The translations under genes and the position numbers were made by a program. The notes beneath the pieces are model-generated. The model saw only the letters and a list, made by a program, of their open reading frames with translations, was not told the DNA's origin and ran no database searches. 64,000 bases of DNA from an uncultured bacterium (GTDB taxonomy: Bacteria; Patescibacteriota; Minisyncoccia; Phycocordibacterales; UBA9973): positions 1,156 to 65,155 of the forward strand of contig CALCZP010000003.1 of NCBI GenBank assembly GCA_937903035.1. The letters run 5' to 3'. Shown piece by piece: positions 19,191 to 28,467 of the stretch; within the stretch, counting starts at the first letter, position 1; the number at the start of each line of letters is the position of its first letter.

Positions 19191-20111
19191 TTCAAGCTCC
19201 TGTTTTAGAAGTGGGACTATTTGCTTCCGCATAATTAGATTCGGTCTTTCTGCGACAGTACCCTCAAATTTAACATCGAGGACTTTCTCCAATAGACTCT
19301 TTGTAGCTTCATCTTCGGCGACAAAGAAGTTCCTACTATCTTCAAGCTCTATGGTGTTCTGGAAAATATAATCTAAGCTCATTTCACTTTTTATTTTATT
19401 GAGAACTTTCACGATATCTTGATCTCGTTCAGTTACCAGTTTTCTTGCGCCAATGATTTCGATTTGAGCAATACCGACTTTTTTGTCTCCCATTACAAAC
19501 CATGCAAAATCTCCCTCGATTCTTTCAGCTAGTTTTGCTCCTGAAAGATCAGATTTTGCTTCAAATAGTTCTTTCCAGAAAATGTCTGGCAACTGGGCTG
19601 TTTCATTTAAATACTCAGCAACCTTTCTATCTCGATCGGTGGTTACTCCACCTTTAAAGTTCAAGGTGTTTGAGATAACTGCTCCATAGAGCAATACTGC
19701 CGATTCTTTTGAAATAGGAGTATTTGTCTCCATAAACTTCTCAGCGATAAGACTTGCAGCAGCCCCGACAAGTTCTATTTGAACTTTTGCATTGGGAAAT
19801 TTATCAGCCTCGTGTATTTTTCTGTGATCAATGATCTCAATTACTTTCTCGGGTGCGATCTTACCCTCGATACCATTCAGATCGCTTGCATCAACGAGTA
19901 TCACTTCATCAAAGTCGTCTGCGTTTGGTATTGATTGAGGATATGCAAAATTATAACGATCGAGGATGTATTTAACTTCATCGTGAGGTTCTCCAATAAT
20001 TCCGACAACAGCATTCTTGCCGATCTTTTGTAAATATTCTGCATAGGCAATAGCACCAGCAACGCCGTCTAAGTCAGGATTTACATAGCAAGTGACAAGG
20101 ATAGGTTTCAT
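19188..20111 (-). CDS. ppaC: Manganese-dependent inorganic pyrophosphatase (family II, DHH/DHHA2)
   Basis: NPDLDG, VILVD, IIDHR, ISNTLNFK..TT..D, GIAQIE, MRKQIVP. Confidence 0.85.
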   Translation of the reverse strand: MKPILVTCYVNPDLDGVAGAIAYAEYLQKIGKNAVVGIIGEPHDEVKYILDRYNFAYPQSIPNADDFDEVILVDASDLNGIEGKIAPEKVIEIIDHRKIHEADKFPNAKVQIELVGAAASLIAEKFMETNTPISKESAVLLYGAVISNTLNFKGGVTTDRDRKVAEYLNETAQLPDIFWKELFEAKSDLSGAKLAERIEGDFAWFVMGDKKVGIAQIEIIGARKLVTERDQDIVKVLNKIKSEMSLDYIFQNTIELEDSRNFFVAEDEATKSLLEKVLDVKFEGTVAERPNLIMRKQIVPLLKQELE

Positions 20112-20115
20112 AAAC

Positions 20116-20805
20116 TTATTTGGTGGGTCGCTTAATTATTAAATCAATTTCAGGACTTTCAGATTTTAAATTAGCTATGACTTTCTCTACAACAGTTCCA
20201 ACTTCCATATAATCCTTAAGATCATCAGGATACTTTTCTTTATAAATATCTGTTTGCATACCACCAGGGAATATTCCGTAAACTTTGATATCCGTATCTT
20301 GAATTTCCTTGCGGATAGATTCAGTTAAACCTTTGATCGCAAACTTAGACGAAGCGTAGGCAGATATGCCTTGCTTACCATCAAGTCCAGCTGTTGAGTT
20401 TATATTTATAATTGCGCCGTTTCCTTGGCTTTTCATTTGGGTAAGAGCTACCTGGCATCCATAGAAATAACCAAAGAAATTTATATCAAACAAGTGATGT
20501 AATTTCTGAATATCAACTTCTTCTACCAAACTAGGAGCAATCTGAATTCCTGCATTATTTATCCAACAATCGATCTTTCCGTATTTCTTTACCGCGTAGT
20601 CAGATAAATTCTTAATATCCTCAAAAGAGGTTACGTCAGCAAGAAAATGATCAACAGCCAATTCTTGTGCTGTTGCTTCTAAATGTTCTATTTCATGACT
20701 GGAGATAATAACCCGAGCGTTTTCATTTTTAAATGCCTCAGCAAGTGCCTTGCCAAAACCCTGACTTCCGCCTGTTACTATAATTACCTTATCTTGAATC
20801 TTCAT
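20116..20805 (-). CDS. Short-chain dehydrogenase/reductase
   Basis: TGGSQGFG, NNAG, YASSK, PGGMQT. Confidence 0.93.
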   Translation of the reverse strand: MKIQDKVIIVTGGSQGFGKALAEAFKNENARVIISSHEIEHLEATAQELAVDHFLADVTSFEDIKNLSDYAVKKYGKIDCWINNAGIQIAPSLVEEVDIQKLHHLFDINFFGYFYGCQVALTQMKSQGNGAIININSTAGLDGKQGISAYASSKFAIKGLTESIRKEIQDTDIKVYGIFPGGMQTDIYKEKYPDDLKDYMEVGTVVEKVIANLKSESPEIDLIIKRPTK

Positions 20806-20829
20806 AAGCCCATTTTATCATTTTTGAAC

Positions 20830-22149
20830 TTATTTCTCTAGACTGATCTTCTTCTGGCTCAACAATATCTTGCTCTTCAAACAACCGAGCATTTCTCGTT
20901 TTTCAAGATTCGATCCCTCTTTCAAAACGTACTTTGCATATCCTCGAATATCGATACTTGGAATATCAATCTTTTCCTTTGTTCCAAGGAGGAATTTTTG
21001 CAGTTTGGAGAATCGTTCAACATCAGCTTTTATTCTTTCCTTAACTTCGATCTCATTCAGATTGATTTTGTTGATCAGTTCCTCAAATTGTTTTAAGATT
21101 TCTTTCTCTTCGGTATAGCCACATTTGCAATCAGCACCTCGGGCTTTGGTGCATCCGTAATAGACATATCTTTGAACCGTTCCATTTTTATACTTCTTGA
21201 ATTTCTCATCGGCAGATATACCAGATCCGCAAAGTCCGCAGACCATCATCTTTGTGAAAGCGAATTCTTTGCCCTCGACTCGCAACACCTGACTTTTTAT
21301 TTGTTCTTGTACGAGGGTAAACAATTCTTTGGTGATAATCGGCTCGTGTTTTCCTGTATACCAGTTACCCGAACTGCGAGGATATTCAAATACGCCATAG
21401 TAGAAAGTGTTATCTAAAATTCTGTAGATATTCCCAAGGCTCAAATGTTTCTTTCCGTAAGCGCTTCTGAAGTTGAGATTGAATCTGAGCCAGTTGTATA
21501 TCTTTCTTCCGCTCCAATGCTCGTAGGCGACTTTCTCAAATATCTTCTTGATAGTCGGCGCCCGTTCTGGATCGATAAGCGTTTCGCATTTCCGATCTGT
21601 GCGTTTTTCTTTCATGTATCCAGTCGGAGCAGGACCAGGCCATAATCCCATCTCGACTCTGGTTCTCAAACCTCGCTTCACATTGATACTCTTATTGTCA
21701 TTTTCGAGCTTAGCTTGTGAACACAAAATCATCAAAAGGAATTTCTCGTTCGGTGAGTTTTTGAATTGCTGTCCATAGGTACGAATCTCCATAAGCAACT
21801 GTTGATCCATAAGATCGACGATTGAACCAAGGTCACCTGCGTTACGAGAAAGTCGATCAGGTGCCCAAGTTAGAATCCCATTAAACCGTCCTCGTCGTAC
21901 ATCCTCCAAGATTTCCTTATAGACAGGTCGTTGTCCTGATTCTTTTGCACTATGAGATTCTCTTCGTATCTCTACAACTTCCAAACCATCTCGTTCGGCA
22001 AGTTCAAGCATTTCCTTAATCTGAGAATCAATTGAAAGCACTTGTCGTTCTTCTGATTCGGTAGATTTTCGAGCATATAGTACATATTTTATTTTTTGTA
22101 CTGGTGCTATGACCTCCTTACCAATCCTGGCTGTGGTGTATGTTTCCAT
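20830..22149 (-). CDS. Large serine recombinase (resolvase + recombinase + Zn ribbon)
   Basis: YARKSTE catalytic Ser, SAK...RP, DRLSRN, G.HEPIITKELF, CGLCG...YYGC...C. Confidence 0.92.
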   Translation of the reverse strand: METYTTARIGKEVIAPVQKIKYVLYARKSTESEERQVLSIDSQIKEMLELAERDGLEVVEIRRESHSAKESGQRPVYKEILEDVRRGRFNGILTWAPDRLSRNAGDLGSIVDLMDQQLLMEIRTYGQQFKNSPNEKFLLMILCSQAKLENDNKSINVKRGLRTRVEMGLWPGPAPTGYMKEKRTDRKCETLIDPERAPTIKKIFEKVAYEHWSGRKIYNWLRFNLNFRSAYGKKHLSLGNIYRILDNTFYYGVFEYPRSSGNWYTGKHEPIITKELFTLVQEQIKSQVLRVEGKEFAFTKMMVCGLCGSGISADEKFKKYKNGTVQRYVYYGCTKARGADCKCGYTEEKEILKQFEELINKINLNEIEVKERIKADVERFSKLQKFLLGTKEKIDIPSIDIRGYAKYVLKEGSNLEKREMLGCLKSKILLSQKKISLEK

Positions 22150-22293
22150 GTATTAATTAATGACAGACCAGTTGGTGGTGCATAGCTATGCAGAACTAGA
22201 AATGCGTCGCATACTCGCAGGCTAGGCTTAGCAAAAAAATAAAATATGGTATAATTTGATCGTATAAAATTATTAGTTTAACTTAGAAAATAC

Positions 22294-23121
22294 ATGAACA
22301 AATACGGGAATTTAATTATAGGCGCATTGGCAATAGTTGCATTAATTGTTGGCTTTTCCGCACTAAGACAAAACAACAGTCAGTCGGTTGCGGACAAAGT
22401 AGTCGACCGTGGGGAAATTCGAATTGGGTACATTGTTTACCCACCACTTCTGTACAAAGACGAAGCAACAGGAAAATTGTCAGGTGTTTCCTATGATCTC
22501 GTAGAAGCGGCGGCAGCTAAGTTAAACCTCAAAACAAACTGGGTTGAAGAAGTAGGCTGGGGTTCTGCTATCGAAGGACTCAAAACCAAGCGCTATGATA
22601 TTCTCGGAACTCAAATGTGGCCAAACTCTGCGCGAGCGCGGGAAGCAGTATTTTCTATCGCACCATTCAATAGTGTTATTTATCCGTATGTAAAAGCGGG
22701 CGATACTCGATTTGAGGGTAACCTTGCAAAGTTAAACTCGAATCAGTACACGATCAGTGCTGTTGACGGAGAAATGGCAACATTTATTGCAGCACAAGAT
22801 TATCCAAACGCAAAAATGAATGCATTGCCACAACTTACTTCATACGCAGAGGTGTTGCTAAATATCGTAAATGGAAAAGCTGATATTGGTTTCATTGAAC
22901 CGTCTACTGCCAATGACTTCTTAAAAACAAATCCTGGGAAAATTGTTCGCGTTGGAACCACCCCTGTTCGCACATTTGGAAATAGCTTTGCATTTGCGCG
23001 TGGTCAGGAATCCATGGTTTCAATGTGGAATGTTGCGATCGGCGAACTTATCAACGATGGAACCGTAACGCGAACGCTAGAAAAATATGGCGTTGCTAGA
23101 GACTACACGTTGAACAAATAA
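22294..23121 (+). CDS. Polar amino acid ABC transporter substrate-binding protein (family 3)
   Basis: N-terminal TM anchor, RIGYIVYPP, GVSYDL, WGSAIEGLKTKRYD, GKADI. Confidence 0.9.
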   Translation: MNKYGNLIIGALAIVALIVGFSALRQNNSQSVADKVVDRGEIRIGYIVYPPLLYKDEATGKLSGVSYDLVEAAAAKLNLKTNWVEEVGWGSAIEGLKTKRYDILGTQMWPNSARAREAVFSIAPFNSVIYPYVKAGDTRFEGNLAKLNSNQYTISAVDGEMATFIAAQDYPNAKMNALPQLTSYAEVLLNIVNGKADIGFIEPSTANDFLKTNPGKIVRVGTTPVRTFGNSFAFARGQESMVSMWNVAIGELINDGTVTRTLEKYGVARDYTLNK

Positions 23122-23129
23122 TAATCATT

Positions 23130-23783
23130 ATGTTTCAAGTTTTGATTCAATATCATCACTTGTTGCTACAAGGATTTCTGACAACCTTGAAACTTCTTGG
23201 ATGCATCATGCTTATCGGGGTTCCGTTTGGAACCCTTTTAGGCGTGATAGGAGGAAGATACAGTTTTGAGGTTGGAAAAGTGGTAAAAGTTGCTCGTTTT
23301 ATTACTAAAGTTATCCCTGTTCTTGTGCTCTTATTCTGGCTTCATTATCCCTTACAAGGCATGCTTGGTATCGTGATAGATCCATTCTGGACAACAATTT
23401 TTGCTCTCGGACTTATTAATATCATCGCAGTTGCTAATATTGTGACAAGCGAACTGGAACTACTCCCGAAATCATATCGTGAAGCAGGAATCACACTTGG
23501 TATGTCTAAAAATCAAATAGTGAAACATATCGAAATTCCATTGCTTGTAAGAAGGACTCTCCCTCAATTGTTACTTACTCAAGCCGCAATGCTCGAATAT
23601 ACTCTGTTTGCAAGTCTTATTTCAGTACCAGAATTATTTCGTACGGCGCAAACTATCAATGCGATGATTTATAAACCTGTAGAAATTTATTCGCTTCTCG
23701 TCTTGTTCTTCTTGATCATTCTTGCACCGCTCCATTTGCTTATTTCATGGTTGCAGAAAAGATATATCGCAGAATATGCTTAA
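23130..23783 (+). CDS. Amino acid ABC transporter permease
   Basis: GFLTTLKL, PVLVLLFW, EAA loop (YREAGITLGMS), TLFASLISVPEL. Confidence 0.92.
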   Translation: MFQVLIQYHHLLLQGFLTTLKLLGCIMLIGVPFGTLLGVIGGRYSFEVGKVVKVARFITKVIPVLVLLFWLHYPLQGMLGIVIDPFWTTIFALGLINIIAVANIVTSELELLPKSYREAGITLGMSKNQIVKHIEIPLLVRRTLPQLLLTQAAMLEYTLFASLISVPELFRTAQTINAMIYKPVEIYSLLVLFFLIILAPLHLLISWLQKRYIAEYA

Positions 23784-24897
23784 AATTACTCACGCTACAA
23801 AAAAATATACTGATACCGTGGATATTCGTGGAATTAACGATGTATCTTTTTCTATTTCGAGCGGAGAAATTGTATGTGTATTAGGACAAAGCGGCTCAGG
23901 AAAAAGTACATTACTTCGGGTACTTGCAGAACTTGAAACACTAGATAAAGGCACAGTATCAGTAAATGGAAATGCTCTTGCAAGTTATGTATCCCAAGAT
24001 TATACTCTCTGGCCTCACTTAACGGTTTTGGAAAATCTTACGCTTGCACCAAAACTAAAATCAATTGGTAAAGAAAAAAATATTGCAGAGGAAGCCAAAA
24101 AGCTATTACACCGTTTCGGTTTGGAAGATTATGCAAATAACTATCCATCAGAATTGTCTGGCGGACAAAGGCAAAGAGTTGCGCTTTTGCGAGCAATAAT
24201 GATCAAGCCAAAAATACTTTTGCTCGACGAAATAACATCCGCTCTTGATCCAGAACTCACAAAAAGCGTACTCGATCTTATACGAGCTTTAGCAAAGGAC
24301 GGTTATACGATGATTATCGTCACACACCACATGTCCTTCGCTATGTCCGTAGCTGATCGGATAATCTTTCTCAAGAATGGCTCTATTTTACAAGACGAGA
24401 AAATGATCCAATTTTTCACAGCGCAATCTAATCCAGAAATTCAATCCTTCATCCTCGATATTGCAAAACGCGATGAGTCAATCGAAGTTTTCAAGGGTCT
24501 TGAGCAGTTCCAAGCATATCATCTGGGACTTATGAAAAGATTGCCAGAAAATTCTACAATCTATGTGGCTGGGGCTGTCGGGGATGCCTGGTATAGTCCA
24601 ATGGGTGAATTTTATAAACACTACGAAGATTTGAGAATCAAAAAGCATATTGCATGGAAAATGGTAACCTACGATCAAGGGGAAACTGATCGAAGATTAG
24701 TAAAAGATTTCCCAGAGCTTAATCAGTTCCGCAGTATGCCAAGAAATATTCAAAACCCTGCCAACTATAATGTTTTTGGAGATACCGTTATTACGCAGAT
24801 TTTCGAGAACGAGCCAACCATTATTCAAATAAAAAATCAGTCAATTGCGGATGCATACATGAGATTTTTTGAAGAATTATGGAATGCCGGAAAATAA
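23776..24897 (+). CDS. Amino acid ABC transporter ATPase (GlnQ-like) with C-terminal TrmB-like effector domain
   Basis: GQSGSGKST, LSGGQRQR, LLLDEITSALDPE, VTH; plus an extension of about 135 aa (IEVFKG...VFGDTV...IIQIKNQSIADAYMRFFEELW). Confidence 0.85.
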   Translation: MLKITHATKKYTDTVDIRGINDVSFSISSGEIVCVLGQSGSGKSTLLRVLAELETLDKGTVSVNGNALASYVSQDYTLWPHLTVLENLTLAPKLKSIGKEKNIAEEAKKLLHRFGLEDYANNYPSELSGGQRQRVALLRAIMIKPKILLLDEITSALDPELTKSVLDLIRALAKDGYTMIIVTHHMSFAMSVADRIIFLKNGSILQDEKMIQFFTAQSNPEIQSFILDIAKRDESIEVFKGLEQFQAYHLGLMKRLPENSTIYVAGAVGDAWYSPMGEFYKHYEDLRIKKHIAWKMVTYDQGETDRRLVKDFPELNQFRSMPRNIQNPANYNVFGDTVITQIFENEPTIIQIKNQSIADAYMRFFEELWNAGK

Positions 24898-24920
24898 TTA
24901 TCAATTTAAATCCAAAAAAC

Positions 24921-25634
24921 ATGACAACAAATAACAATTTTTCAGATACTTTAGTCGAGGAATATGATCTTTTTGGAAAAGTGTTTCCTTTTCATGACGA
25001 CTTGCAAAATACGATTCCTGAATCATTGAAAGAACATTTTGCAGGTGAAACTAATGGGGGGGCTTCACTCAACTTTCTTGATATTGGAGCTGGATACGGT
25101 TTTACAACAAAATTAGTTGCAAAGGAATTTCCAAAGGCACATTTTATCCTTAATGAATACGATTCTGAACTTATCAGCCGAGCCGATGCTTACTTAAGTG
25201 ATTATAGTCATGAGAAAAAAGTTGGCGATATAGAAGAAATAATAAAAGCGATCCCAGATCAGTCGATTGATGGGGTTTATACCGCATGGGTTATACACAA
25301 TTTTCCTCCAAATAAACGCGAAGTGATCTATCGCGAAATTTCCCGCGTCTTAAAACCAGGAGGTGTATTTGTTGCATTAGAAAAAGTTGGAAATACTGGT
25401 GAGCAGAGATTGAAAGACCTTTCACAGTCAATCGTTGATTTGTATCCTTTTGTCACAAAGTACAACAGACCCGACTTGTTTATTGAATGGGTTAAGCACG
25501 ATCTAAGAGATGAAGATATGGATTTAGTCTTTACGGATGATGAAAACAAAAAACTCCTCGACGAGAATAATTTTGATTGGAAATACATCAAACATATTTT
25601 ATTGGAGAAAGTTGTCGTGGCTGTTAAAAACTAA
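24921..25634 (+). CDS. Class I SAM-dependent methyltransferase
   Basis: FLDIGAGYG, GDI, VIHN, RVLKPGG. Confidence 0.9.
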   Translation: MTTNNNFSDTLVEEYDLFGKVFPFHDDLQNTIPESLKEHFAGETNGGASLNFLDIGAGYGFTTKLVAKEFPKAHFILNEYDSELISRADAYLSDYSHEKKVGDIEEIIKAIPDQSIDGVYTAWVIHNFPPNKREVIYREISRVLKPGGVFVALEKVGNTGEQRLKDLSQSIVDLYPFVTKYNRPDLFIEWVKHDLRDEDMDLVFTDDENKKLLDENNFDWKYIKHILLEKVVVAVKN

Positions 25635-25639
25635 ATAAA

Positions 25640-25669
25640 AAAAGACCTCGTGATCTACGAGGTCTTTTT
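25640..25669 (+). terminator. Intrinsic terminator ending the island operon
   Basis: aaaagacctcgt-gatct-acgaggtcttttt. Confidence 0.75.
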
Positions 25670-25845
25670 CTGTTTTAACTTGTCTCAAAAATAGTTACAG
25701 TGCCTTGTAACAAAACACCTCAAGTACTGTCACTTTTGTCACTTTTTGGTACGCTCGAGACGCGTCGATTTTAAATCTGAAAAAATGCTAAAATAGCCTT
25801 ACAGGGCTTGTCGGGGTTTAGTTCTAACACGACGCTCTCCGCAAA

Positions 25846-26190
25846 ATGGATGAACTTCGAGCAAAAGCAAAAGAGCGTATGAAAGCCCGCGTTGGTGGAT
25901 TCGCCGACTTTATTCGTGAACAAGGTGTTATTGGACTTGCGATCGGTTTTATTCTTGGAGGAGCAGTATCCAAGACGGTCACTTCCCTCGTCGACAATAT
26001 TATCAACCCACTTGTCGGCATCATGCTTGGCAAGGTTGACCTCAAAGACAAGGTACTCACCGTAGATCACACTATTATTCACTACGGCGCATTCATCTCA
26101 AGTATTGTCGACTTCATCATTGTGGCAGCGGTCATCTACTTTGTATTCAAAGGACTTAGACTCGATCGTATCGATAAAAAGAACGTGTAG
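25846..26190 (+). CDS. mscL: Large-conductance mechanosensitive channel
   Basis: F..FI....VIGLAIGFILG.A...V.SLVDNIINP...YGAFI..IVDF. Confidence 0.93.
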   Translation: MDELRAKAKERMKARVGGFADFIREQGVIGLAIGFILGGAVSKTVTSLVDNIINPLVGIMLGKVDLKDKVLTVDHTIIHYGAFISSIVDFIIVAAVIYFVFKGLRLDRIDKKNV

Positions 26191-26209
26191 TCCATGGTAC
26201 ACTTTATCC

Positions 26210-26668
26210 ATGGAAAACATCTCGTGGACCACACTTGAATTTCAAGAAAAAGACCGCCATCCTGACTGGATCTGGTATGCAGGACTCATATTTGCTGTCG
26301 CTGCTACCCTCTCTTTTTTCTACAAGAACATTTTCTTTGGAATTTTCCTCGTTATTGCAGGTGTATGCACGGTTATGTTCGCCGGACACGCACCTAAAAA
26401 GCTGCTTGTAACCATTGCCGAGAAAGAAGTGACGGTAAACGAGGAGTCATTTGAATACCCACGGATAAAACAGTTTTGGATTGACGAAACCGGAAAACAA
26501 GATAAGCTGTTACTGCTCGTCAAAGGTTCCTTTGTGCCAGTGATCGGCCTTGATCTAGAGGGCGTCACCGCAGAGACCGTACGAGCAGCACTCATTGCCC
26601 GAGGTGTCGCAGAGGTCGCAATGCGCGAATCCTTTGGCATCAAGATTGCCGAACGCCTCGGCTTTTAA
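26210..26668 (+). CDS. Conserved CPR membrane protein (2 TM + PH-like domain)
   Basis: ISWTTLEF..KDR..DW pattern; ends ERLGF, typical of Parcubacteria hypotheticals. Confidence 0.7.
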   Translation: MENISWTTLEFQEKDRHPDWIWYAGLIFAVAATLSFFYKNIFFGIFLVIAGVCTVMFAGHAPKKLLVTIAEKEVTVNEESFEYPRIKQFWIDETGKQDKLLLLVKGSFVPVIGLDLEGVTAETVRAALIARGVAEVAMRESFGIKIAERLGF

Positions 26669-26673
26669 TACCC

Positions 26674-26745
26674 CCTCTCGTCGTTCAATGGATAGGACAC
26701 AACTTTGCGGAAGTTGTGATGTAGGTTCGATTCCTACCGAGAGGA
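26674..26745 (+). tRNA. tRNA-Arg(GCG)
   Basis: CCTCTCG-TC-GTTC-AATGGATA-GGAC-A-CAACT-TTGCGGA-AGTTG-TGAT-GTAGG-TTCGATT-CCTAC-CGAGAGG-A. Confidence 0.93.
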
Positions 26746-26747
26746 CA

Positions 26748-26787
26748 ATAAGAAAAAACACTGATTTTATGTCAGTGTTTTTTCTTA
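26748..26787. terminator. Terminator hairpin after tRNA-Arg(GCG)
   Basis: ataagaaaaaacactga-ttttatg-tcagtgttttttcttat. Confidence 0.7.
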
Positions 26788-26800
26788 TATGACCCCCGAA

Positions 26801-26907
26801 GGTAGGAATCGAACCGTAGGCACACATATTTTTAAGGAGTGCGAGCGATTATAAAAATAGTGTGTTTCGAGCGGAAGTATGGAGCGAGAAACGATTCCCT
26901 ACCGAGA
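26801..26907. repeat. tRNA T-arm-derived inverted-repeat element
   Basis: gtaggaatcgaacc is the reverse complement of the tRNA T-arm; cgattccctaccgaga is a near-direct copy of the tRNA 3' end; internal hairpin cacacatattttt/aaaaatagtgtg. Confidence 0.6.
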
Positions 26908-26909
26908 AA

Positions 26910-27176
26910 CTATTCCTTCACTCCCGCCCACTTCTTCAATTCATCATACGTCACTTCCCCACAGAGCCACTCTTTGTTCTCACTGCTGTAGAAAAACGGT
27001 ACACCGCCACATTCCCCACTACTATCGCACTCCTCCACAAATGCCATGTTTGCCTTGTCATGCCAGACTTCTTTGCGCTCAATATGCACCGACGGATACT
27101 CTTTCATGAGTTTGTCAGTTAGTTCTCGCATTCTCTGACAGTGCGGACATTCAAGACCATAGAATTCGTATAACAT
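26910..27176 (-). CDS. Small thioredoxin/glutaredoxin-like protein
   Basis: FYGLECPHC...CGGVPFF...LCGE. Confidence 0.85.
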   Translation of the reverse strand: MLYEFYGLECPHCQRMRELTDKLMKEYPSVHIERKEVWHDKANMAFVEECDSSGECGGVPFFYSSENKEWLCGEVTYDELKKWAGVKE

Positions 27177-27230
27177 GACCAAAGTATAGCAAATAAAAAA
27201 CAACCTCTTTCGAAGTTGTTTTTTGAATCT

Positions 27231-27491
27231 TTACTTTTCTTTCGCCATTCGAGAAAGACGAGCTTTCTTGCGGCTTGCGGTGTTCTTTTTGATGACACCT
27301 TTCTTTGCAGCCTTGTCGATTGCACTATAGGCAGCTGAGAGACTTTCTTTTGCAGTCTTCCATTCCTTTGCAAGTGCAAGTTTCTGCACCTTCTTGACGC
27401 CCTCCTTGAGGACTTTCTTGGTGCGGTCGTTTACCTCCTTTTTGCGGAGTGAGACGCGATGCGCTTTGTGAGCTGATTTGGTGATTGGCAT
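27231..27491 (-). CDS. rpsT: 30S ribosomal protein S20
   Basis: MPITKSAHKA...AIDKAAKKGVIKKNTASRKKARL. Confidence 0.97.
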   Translation of the reverse strand: MPITKSAHKAHRVSLRKKEVNDRTKKVLKEGVKKVQKLALAKEWKTAKESLSAAYSAIDKAAKKGVIKKNTASRKKARLSRMAKEK

Positions 27492-27559
27492 AACGGCAAA
27501 ACTATAGCAGACGAAGCCTTAAATGGCAACCCGGAGTCCTTATTTGCTATGATACAAGC

Positions 27560-28105
27560 ATGATTGCTCGAATTACTGGTACTGTTGTTGAAATCCTTGA
27601 AAAAGGTGTTGTCGTTGAAACCGGCGGTATTGGCTACCTCATATATACCCCATCAGCCACACCTATCGGTTCAACTGCAACATTTCATACCCATCTAGTG
27701 ATTCGCGACGATGCACACGAACTCTTTGGATTTGAAACGCCAGAAGAAAAGTTACTCTTCTCTATTCTCATTAGTGTCTCAGGCGTTGGTCCAAAAACAG
27801 CACTTCAGATGCTCACCCTCTATCCTCTGAGTGAGCTCGTTGGTGCGATCCGCAATGGTGATGCCAAGACTATCTCTATGGTTCCCGGTATCGGCAAGAA
27901 AACTGCCGAGAAGGTCGTGATTGATCTCAAAGACAAACTCGGTGGATTTGCTGCAAGCGAGTCTGCTCCGCATAACGATCTCGTCGAAGCACTTATATCA
28001 CTGGGCTACAAAGATACCCAAATTCGTCCTGTGGTAGGATCAATCGATGCCAACCTTCCTATTGAAAAACAGATCACCCAAGCTCTCCAGTTAATTCAAA
28101 AATAA
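27560..28105 (+). CDS. ruvA: Holliday junction DNA helicase subunit RuvA
   Basis: MIARITG, GGIGY, LFGF, VSGVGPKTA, PGIGKKTAEK, ALISLGY. Confidence 0.96.
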   Translation: MIARITGTVVEILEKGVVVETGGIGYLIYTPSATPIGSTATFHTHLVIRDDAHELFGFETPEEKLLFSILISVSGVGPKTALQMLTLYPLSELVGAIRNGDAKTISMVPGIGKKTAEKVVIDLKDKLGGFAASESAPHNDLVEALISLGYKDTQIRPVVGSIDANLPIEKQITQALQLIQK

Positions 28106-28139
28106 AAACTACCTCATCGATATGAAGTAGTTAAACTTA

Positions 28140-28400
28140 TTAGTATTGCAAACAGTATTGTACTGTTGTCACAAACCTGAAACAAACGATCTGTATTTTT
28201 TGCAATAGCGTTATTTTTACAGGATGCATGACCACGATCGGTGCCTCATTAGTAATTTCAGCAAACGAGATATCAATCCTAATCATACCATCGGAAGATT
28301 GTTCAAAACTGATAAGTTTTTGATTTTCTTCATGTTTCAAATAAGCAGCTACTGCTTTTCTAAGGAAATCAATTCCTACGGTTTTTGTACTATATTGCAT
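28140..28400 (-). CDS. Hypothetical protein
   Basis: AT-rich ORF filling the gap; no recognisable motif. Confidence 0.45.
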   Translation of the reverse strand: MQYSTKTVGIDFLRKAVAAYLKHEENQKLISFEQSSDGMIRIDISFAEITNEAPIVVMHPVKITLLQKIQIVCFRFVTTVQYCLQY

Positions 28401-28467
28401 AGGGTTAGTTTTTCATTATTTTGCACCATATACCACCACTGTCAAACTTTGGTATACTTTGTGTATT

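Larger units (their letters stand above)
19117..25680. mobile_element. Putative genomic island with large serine recombinase at the tRNA-Ser 3' end
   Basis: Begins directly after the tRNA CCA; visibly AT-richer; recombinase plus accessory cargo; core-type genes resume at mscL. No att duplication found, so boundaries are approximate. Confidence 0.5.

Noticed and set aside
25680-25845. Possible attR of the tRNA-Ser island
   Set aside because: No match to the tRNA-Ser 3' end was found by eye; only a short tgtcactttt tandem repeat.
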